This document shows, in pieces, positions 58,922 through 64,000 of a stretch of DNA of 64,000 nt (within the stretch, counting starts at the first letter, position 1; every line of letters starts with the position of its first letter). This stretch comes from an uncultured bacterium (GTDB taxonomy: Bacteria; Planctomycetota; UBA1135; GCA-002686595). A program made the translations under genes and the position numbers. A model generated the notes under the pieces. It searched no databases, was not told where the DNA came from, and saw nothing but the letters and a program-made list of their open reading frames with translations. The stretch is taken from contig CALSNU010000006.1 of the NCBI GenBank assembly GCA_943787795.1, positions 128,001 through 192,000 of the forward strand, written 5' to 3'.

Positions 58922-59155
58922 TGTACTTCCCGGCTCCCCGGAGCGTCCTGAGACGGATCATGACGCGGACCATGCGCTACCGCGACCGATCCGGCAGTGT
59001 CGGTTGCCTGGGCCACTGCCAACGGCGCGCTGCAGTTCGTTGACCTCCATGGGGTTCCCTGGGGAACACCCCACGGACAGAACCCCTTGCCCCGCTAGCT
59101 GGAGCCGCGGTTCGGTCAGCGGCAGGCAGATGGCTCTGCTATTCCTCTGCCATGC

Positions 59156-59260
59156 TCACAAGAAAGTCACCGCCACCGCGTCCGTGAAGTTGGACCTCAG
59201 CGCCGGGTTGGCGTCGCGGTACCAGGGCTGGAAGGACGAGGTGGGGGAGGTGAATCGGAG
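59156..59260 (-). pseudogene. Orphan 3' remnant of a gene with the planctomycete-type C-terminal domain
   Basis: FQPWYRDANPALRSNFTDAVAVTFL-stop matches the C-termini of 26045..27905 and 30209..32095. Confidence 0.6.
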
Positions 59261-59349
59261 GACCCGGCGATGACCCGGCCAGGAAGGCGGGCTCGGGCCC
59301 AGAGTTGACCACCGGGCATTTTGCGCGATCGTTGCTACGACTCCGTACG

Positions 59350-59538
59350 TTACGCGCTCCAGCGGGTGGGCGGGTTGGAGCCCGGCGCGACCCCCGTCCC
59401 CAGCGGCCCACGCCACTGCCCCCAGTGCGCCTCCGCCGGGGCCGCCACGGCCGTCCCCAGGTCGTCGGTCTCCTGGGCGAGTCCGGTCGATCCGAGGGCG
59501 CACGCGAGCGCCAGGACTCGAGCGAGCGGAGCGTTCAT
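59350..59538 (-). pseudogene. Truncated 5' fragment of a PQQ-like beta-propeller protein
   Basis: Signal peptide followed by WGQWRGPLGTG...PTRWS, then an immediate stop. Confidence 0.65.
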
Positions 59539-59849
59539 GGGATCACCCTACGCTCCCGAGCGCGGCATCGTTGGCCTCGGACGCAGGCAAGCTTCCGGCC
59601 CCTGTCTCCAATGTGGGGGCGAGCACCTGCTCACGACCTCCTCTGCCGAACCGCGCCCGTCACAGTGGCTCCGCGGCACCGCCTGCGGCGGGCGTCACCG
59701 GAGCCTCGCGGGCAGCGAGTCCGAGGGCTCCCGGGTCGAACAGCGGGAGGATCCGGCAGGACCGCGATCACGGGGGGGGCGGGAGGCGCTTCAGCGAGGA
59801 CCGAGACGGGCGCTTGAAACATGGAGGGCTCCTTTACGAGGCTGAGTGC

Positions 59850-60734
59850 ATGTCCTGGTCACCCGCCATGCTCATCCTCGCAGCATCCACCGCCATCCCC
59901 CTTCTCGTCGCCGCCGCGTCGGGTCCGCCGCAGGCGGAGGCGAGCGGGGCCCTGAAGCACCAGGATGCTGCTCGCTACGACGGCGCGCCGTCGTTCGATG
60001 GCTCCCTCCCGCCGGGAACGGTCGCGGTGGCGCGCCAGCCGGTTCGGTGGAGCCGACGGGACCCCGGCTGGGAGGTGAAGGGGAGGACCAGCGATTGGCC
60101 TGCGGCGATCGAGCGGCGATTCATCGCGCGCCTGCAGGGGATTCGGGGGGCCGACCTCGACCTCGCCGCGCATCACGCCGACCTCGGCGTCGGGGGCGAG
60201 TGGGAGAGCTGCAAGGGGGCGTACCGAGCCGTGCTCCCCGGCGGCGTCGGGGTCTACGTCGTCCATCATGGCTCCGGCTTCGCGGGGCGAATGGAGCTCT
60301 CGGTCGTCCTTCATCGCCCCGCCACCGGGGAGGTGAGTCGCGGGACCGGGTCCTGCGGGCTCCTGTGGTCCCAGGTCGGCAGCGAGGGACCGAGGGCCTT
60401 CTGGTCCGACATCGACGGCGACGGCTCCGTCGAGCTCGGGTTCCAGCTCCACCACCACAACGGCACGGCGTCGGACGGCGGATTCATCCGCTGGCTCCGG
60501 ATCACGGACGACCTCGACCTCGAGGAGGTGCACGTGTCACGGCTGTACGACTGGGTGAGCGTCGAATCGCGGCGAGAGGAGGGCTTCATCAGGTACCGGC
60601 TCCTGCGGGACCCCGACGGGACCCTCCGGGATGAGGCCTGGTTCGAGACCCCCTCGTTCGGACTCGGGCCCGTTCGCGTCCTCGATCACTCGCTCGGTGT
60701 TCCTCGGGGCGGCGAGCGGTTCAGCTATCGCTGA
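59850..60734 (+). CDS. Secreted hypothetical protein
   Basis: Hydrophobic N-terminus, a DIDGDGSVE Ca-binding-like loop, HHHNGT and GC3 bias. Confidence 0.6.
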   Translation: MSWSPAMLILAASTAIPLLVAAASGPPQAEASGALKHQDAARYDGAPSFDGSLPPGTVAVARQPVRWSRRDPGWEVKGRTSDWPAAIERRFIARLQGIRGADLDLAAHHADLGVGGEWESCKGAYRAVLPGGVGVYVVHHGSGFAGRMELSVVLHRPATGEVSRGTGSCGLLWSQVGSEGPRAFWSDIDGDGSVELGFQLHHHNGTASDGGFIRWLRITDDLDLEEVHVSRLYDWVSVESRREEGFIRYRLLRDPDGTLRDEAWFETPSFGLGPVRVLDHSLGVPRGGERFSYR

Positions 60735-60768
60735 CCCGCCGCCGCTCCGCCCCGCCGAGCCCCGGCCC

Positions 60769-61242
60769 TCACTCTCCCTTCCAGGCGGTCATGTGGCCCT
60801 CGATCTCGTCCAGGACCCAGGGCGTCTGGACCACGACCAGCTGGAGCTCCGCTGTCATGCGGATCGAGAAGGCGGGGTCCTGGTCCCAGGTGTCTCTGGC
60901 CACGTGCTGGCTGAGGTAGGCCTGGGCGAGGGACGGGCTCCGGGTCGGCGCCCCGGGCGTGGGGGCCAGCGCGGCGAGCTCCGGGTAGGCCGCCAGGGTG
61001 GCGGGATCGAACTCGCCGCCGTCCAGCGTCTCCCGGAGGTCCATCCAGAGCACCTCCTTCGCGGACGACTCCACCTCCTCCTCGGCGAGGACGCAGACGC
61101 AGCCGCCGAGGACCTCGAAGGTGAGGCCGGCGCTCGGCCCGGGGCGGCTCAGCAGGTCACGGGCGCCGGCCGTCCAGAGCACGCCGACTCCCCGCTCCTT
61201 CCCCGCGGCGGTCAACCTCGCGGTCAGCGCGCCGGTGTCCAT
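60769..61242 (-). CDS. Hypothetical protein (possibly a fragment)
   Basis: GC3-biased frame; C-terminal LVVVQTP..LDEIE resembles a secretin N-domain-like repeat. Confidence 0.45.
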   Translation of the reverse strand: MDTGALTARLTAAGKERGVGVLWTAGARDLLSRPGPSAGLTFEVLGGCVCVLAEEEVESSAKEVLWMDLRETLDGGEFDPATLAAYPELAALAPTPGAPTRSPSLAQAYLSQHVARDTWDQDPAFSIRMTAELQLVVVQTPWVLDEIEGHMTAWKGE

Positions 61243-61593
61243 CCGTGCCAGTGCGCGGACCCCGCCCAGGGCGCGCACGAGGGGCGCGGCGCGCCGATCT
61301 GGTCCGGAGGAGGCGCTCCTCGAGGTGCCGCCGGGTACGCCCCGCGCCGGGCAGCGGGAGGCGGAAGGCCCGAAGTCGGTCGAGGAGCGCCTGGGCACGC
61401 AGCTGGGCGCGGGGCAGGTGCCGGACGAGCAGCGCGTCCGGCTCCGCGGTCACCCGGTCGCCCTGGTCCCAGCGGTGGAGGTCCCCGAGGAAGAGAAGAA
61501 GAAGGCTAAGAAGCTCAACGCTTCACCTGCCTCCAGGCAGGCCAGCACGGCGTATTGCGCACTGAGCAAGGGCATCGAGATGTGCTACGGTCA

Positions 61594-62364
61594 CTAGAGT
61601 GGCGGGTCGACGCTGAACGACTCGACGACCAGCGTCTGTCCTCGGCGACAAAGAACGTCGATCATCGGGAGGACTCCATCGGGGACTTCCTTCGTGAACA
61701 GGACCACGATCTGGCCAGACGAACTTGGTTCGATCGACGGAGGGGATTGCACGACCTCAATGCAGTCGCAACTCTCCGAGACTTCGACCAAGGTGATCGG
61801 ATCCTCTGTGGGGTTCCAAATAGACATGACCGCTTGGTGTGCATTCACTTCGCGGTGCAGCACGACAAGCCGAGAGCCGTCTCCGGGACCACTCAGACCG
61901 ACGCAGACGCCGATGGCGATTGATGTGATTCCGATCGAAGCATCGAGCGACGCGAGTGCGCCGAGTCGTATTCTCCCGACGACCGCGCCCACGAGCGACA
62001 CACCTAGCACGGCCGACCAGACTGCCCAAATGAGGCCAGGGCTCGCGCCGATCACGCCGAGGCAGCCACAGTCCGGCCCGAGGTCACGGCGGATCAGCAG
62101 AGTACCGATGCACCACCCCGCCAGAGAGAGCGCGTTCAGTCTTGACGTGGTGCCGCGGAGCAGAAGCCAGGCGGCTGCCGCCTCGCCGAAGATCGACAGC
62201 TCGTGGAGCCGCCAAGCGAATCCTCCGGCAGCCAGGAGCCGGCCGCTCGGGTTCCGGTCCGCGAGCGTCGCGAAGACCACGGTGGCGAACAACGCACCGA
62301 GCAAGATGCGGAGGCCTCGGAGTCCGCGGGTGAGCCCAGTCTCTTCCTGCTGCATCGGCGTCAC
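61594..62364 (-). CDS. MauE/DoxX-like membrane domain fused to a DUF1573-like domain
   Basis: TM helices with DCGCLG; then N.TEDPITLVEVSESCDC..IEP; GTGA overlap with the upstream gene. Confidence 0.7.
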   Translation of the reverse strand: MTPMQQEETGLTRGLRGLRILLGALFATVVFATLADRNPSGRLLAAGGFAWRLHELSIFGEAAAAWLLLRGTTSRLNALSLAGWCIGTLLIRRDLGPDCGCLGVIGASPGLIWAVWSAVLGVSLVGAVVGRIRLGALASLDASIGITSIAIGVCVGLSGPGDGSRLVVLHREVNAHQAVMSIWNPTEDPITLVEVSESCDCIEVVQSPPSIEPSSSGQIVVLFTKEVPDGVLPMIDVLCRRGQTLVVESFSVDPPL

Positions 62365-63401
62365 CTGGAGACGAAATGGACAGGGATGACTATCGCGGCG
62401 CCCGTCGAGCGAACGATGACCTGCCCGATCCCGGGCCCGGTGAAGCCCCTGGGAACGGACAGTGATAGGGTATACGAGTTGCTGTCCGGCTCTCTCGGTT
62501 CGATCGAGACGGCAGTGAACACATCTCCGATCTGATCGACGCTGGTTCCCCTCCAGCTCGGATCGCTTGAAGTGATCCGCACCTCCGTACTCGCGACACG
62601 CAGGGAGTCGATGAAGCCGAGGGAGAGGGCGTCCGGGTGGACGGTGAATTCTGCGCTCTTCCGAAGGACGATGGTGCGAAGTAGAAACCGCGGAGTCCCC
62701 ACCGATTCACTCTCGACGAACGTGTCGAAGTGGAACTTGCCGAAGGGCGTGGTGACCGGGTCGAACGTCGGAGTCAGCAACAGATTCCGGCCGTGGGCCT
62801 CGACGTCCCACGACACGAACTCGGTAGTGCAGCTGACGGCGACCGAGTCCATCGATATCCCCTCGTCAGCCCGCAGCGTTACCGGAAGGCCCGCGTAGCT
62901 CGCTCCCTCACCGAGCTCGATCGTCACGGGGTTGGCCCGTGTCGACCATGCGCTTCGTACATCGAAACGAACTTTGCCGACTCGAAGGAGTGAACGGTCG
63001 TCGTTGAGTTCTGCGAATATCGTGCTCTCTCGTTTACCCGGTGCACCTGTGTCCAACTCGCAATCCACGCTGAAGCGCTGTCCCGACCCGACGGTCCGTT
63101 GGCTGCTCGACGCCTCCACGCACCCGCAACTCGTCCAGATTCGCTTGATCTGGAGCGCCCCACCGGACCGATACTCGAAGTCGAACGACGCACGCGCGAC
63201 CGATCCACGTTCGACGGAACCCAAGTCGATGACCTGCTCCGAGAGGCGAACAACCCCGATATCCTGTTCCACCAACGGGCTTGCCGTCGTCGGCAGCGCG
63301 TCTACCGAGAGCGCCAGGAGCCCCATTCCTCCCGCCAGGCAGAAGAGCAGAGTCCCGACCGCGAATCGGACGAGCTCGCCATTTCCCTTCTTCTTGGCCA
63401 T
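62361..63401 (-). CDS. DUF1573-domain (Ig-like) membrane-anchored protein
   Basis: N-terminal TM helix; IDLGSV..F...LQIKRIWTSCGC; repeated P..xxLG modules. Confidence 0.78.
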   Translation of the reverse strand: MAKKKGNGELVRFAVGTLLFCLAGGMGLLALSVDALPTTASPLVEQDIGVVRLSEQVIDLGSVERGSVARASFDFEYRSGGALQIKRIWTSCGCVEASSSQRTVGSGQRFSVDCELDTGAPGKRESTIFAELNDDRSLLRVGKVRFDVRSAWSTRANPVTIELGEGASYAGLPVTLRADEGISMDSVAVSCTTEFVSWDVEAHGRNLLLTPTFDPVTTPFGKFHFDTFVESESVGTPRFLLRTIVLRKSAEFTVHPDALSLGFIDSLRVASTEVRITSSDPSWRGTSVDQIGDVFTAVSIEPREPDSNSYTLSLSVPRGFTGPGIGQVIVRSTGAAIVIPVHFVSR

Positions 63402-63410
63402 GGCTTGGCG

Positions 63411-64000
63411 TCAGGACTTCCGGAATACGACGACGAATGCAATTCCGGCAAAGACGACACCCAAGAGGGCCAAGGGCCACCTACGTCCTCCGTTGCTAGT
63501 GCCCGGGCGAGCGCCCGTTTCGGCATCCAGCGGCGAGTTGGCGCTCGCGAAAGGGGCTTCGGAAACGCTCTCGCCGGAATCCACTCGTGCGGGCATCGGG
63601 TGCAAATCTCGTTCCACCGCTGCCTCTGCGGCGATCGACGCGATCCGCTGATCGTCGACGGGGATCAGTCCCTCGACGTACTCGATCGCGGGGTCGACGC
63701 GTTTGTCGATGACCCTCGAGCCCGGCCGAATCAGGATGCTCCGGGGGCGAGGCTCGCCGTCGGTCTCGGAGAAGGTCCCTGAGAATGAGGTCACAGAACG
63801 AAGTTGGGCACTCTCGCTCGGCCAATACGTGCGGTGCTCGACGCCCAGGGGGGCCGCACTTCCATTGGCTTCAACGAAGTCACTCGCCTTGAGCTGCTCC
63901 ACGACCTGGCCCCGGGCATTCGTCACCGTGTAACGCACGAGGCCCCCGTGACGTGCATCGAGCACGGCTTCGAACCTCCCCGACACGAGGCAGAGTGGGG
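63411..64000 (-). CDS. 3' part of a protein with a C-terminal membrane anchor; runs off the window edge
   Basis: Frame is open to the edge; LKASDFVEANG..P..V resembles LolA-like strands; ends WPLALLGVVFAGIAFVVVFRKS. Confidence 0.6.
   Translation of the reverse strand, partial: PLCLVSGRFEAVLDARHGGLVRYTVTNARGQVVEQLKASDFVEANGSAAPLGVEHRTYWPSESAQLRSVTSFSGTFSETDGEPRPRSILIRPGSRVIDKRVDPAIEYVEGLIPVDDQRIASIAAEAAVERDLHPMPARVDSGESVSEAPFASANSPLDAETGARPGTSNGGRRWPLALLGVVFAGIAFVVVFRKS

Noticed and set aside
61300..61597. Plus-strand stretch RVRLRGHPVALVP resembling a Phd/YefM antitoxin
   Set aside because: Similarity is too short, there is no clear start and there is no adjacent toxin gene
58876..64000. 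Prophage or integrative element at ssrA
   Set aside because: No integrase, phage gene or duplicated ssrA 3' end is visible within the window

Overview
This is a GC-rich (roughly 70% by eye) bacterial chromosomal segment. It is most consistent with a Planctomycetota genome, inferred from the planctomycete-type C-terminal domains, a PQQ-propeller N-terminus, a giant GreA and DUF1573/MauE genes. It is mostly housekeeping and rich in RNA metabolism: dbpA, a DTW/TapT-like gene, gluQ, rlmI-like, dusB plus an HI0933/YhiN flavoprotein, pcnB, rsmG, greA, smpB, tmRNA and three tRNAs (Asn, Trp, Leu). It also carries sahR-ahcY, pfkA, rfbC, msrA, tldD/pmbA, a radical-SAM/UdgX DNA-repair pair and several secreted proteins. 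No CRISPR array, transposase or integrase is visible. The most notable unexplained signals are: (1) an orphan structured ~220-nt RNA candidate with C-rich single-stranded segments and its own terminator, downstream of pcnB; (2) a TAnnnT box 6-8 nt before the start codon of at least 12 genes, suggesting pervasive leaderless transcription; (3) a shared Cys-containing C-terminal domain on unrelated secreted proteins, a candidate sorting signal; (4) a UdgX with a ~75-aa repeat-containing insertion in its signature loop; (5) many decaying short tandem arrays, several seeded at gene 3' ends; and (6) gene scars and a lower-GC DUF1573/MauE cluster after ssrA. Five +1 frameshifts in three genes look like assembly errors. 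All calls come from motif recognition only; no searches were run.
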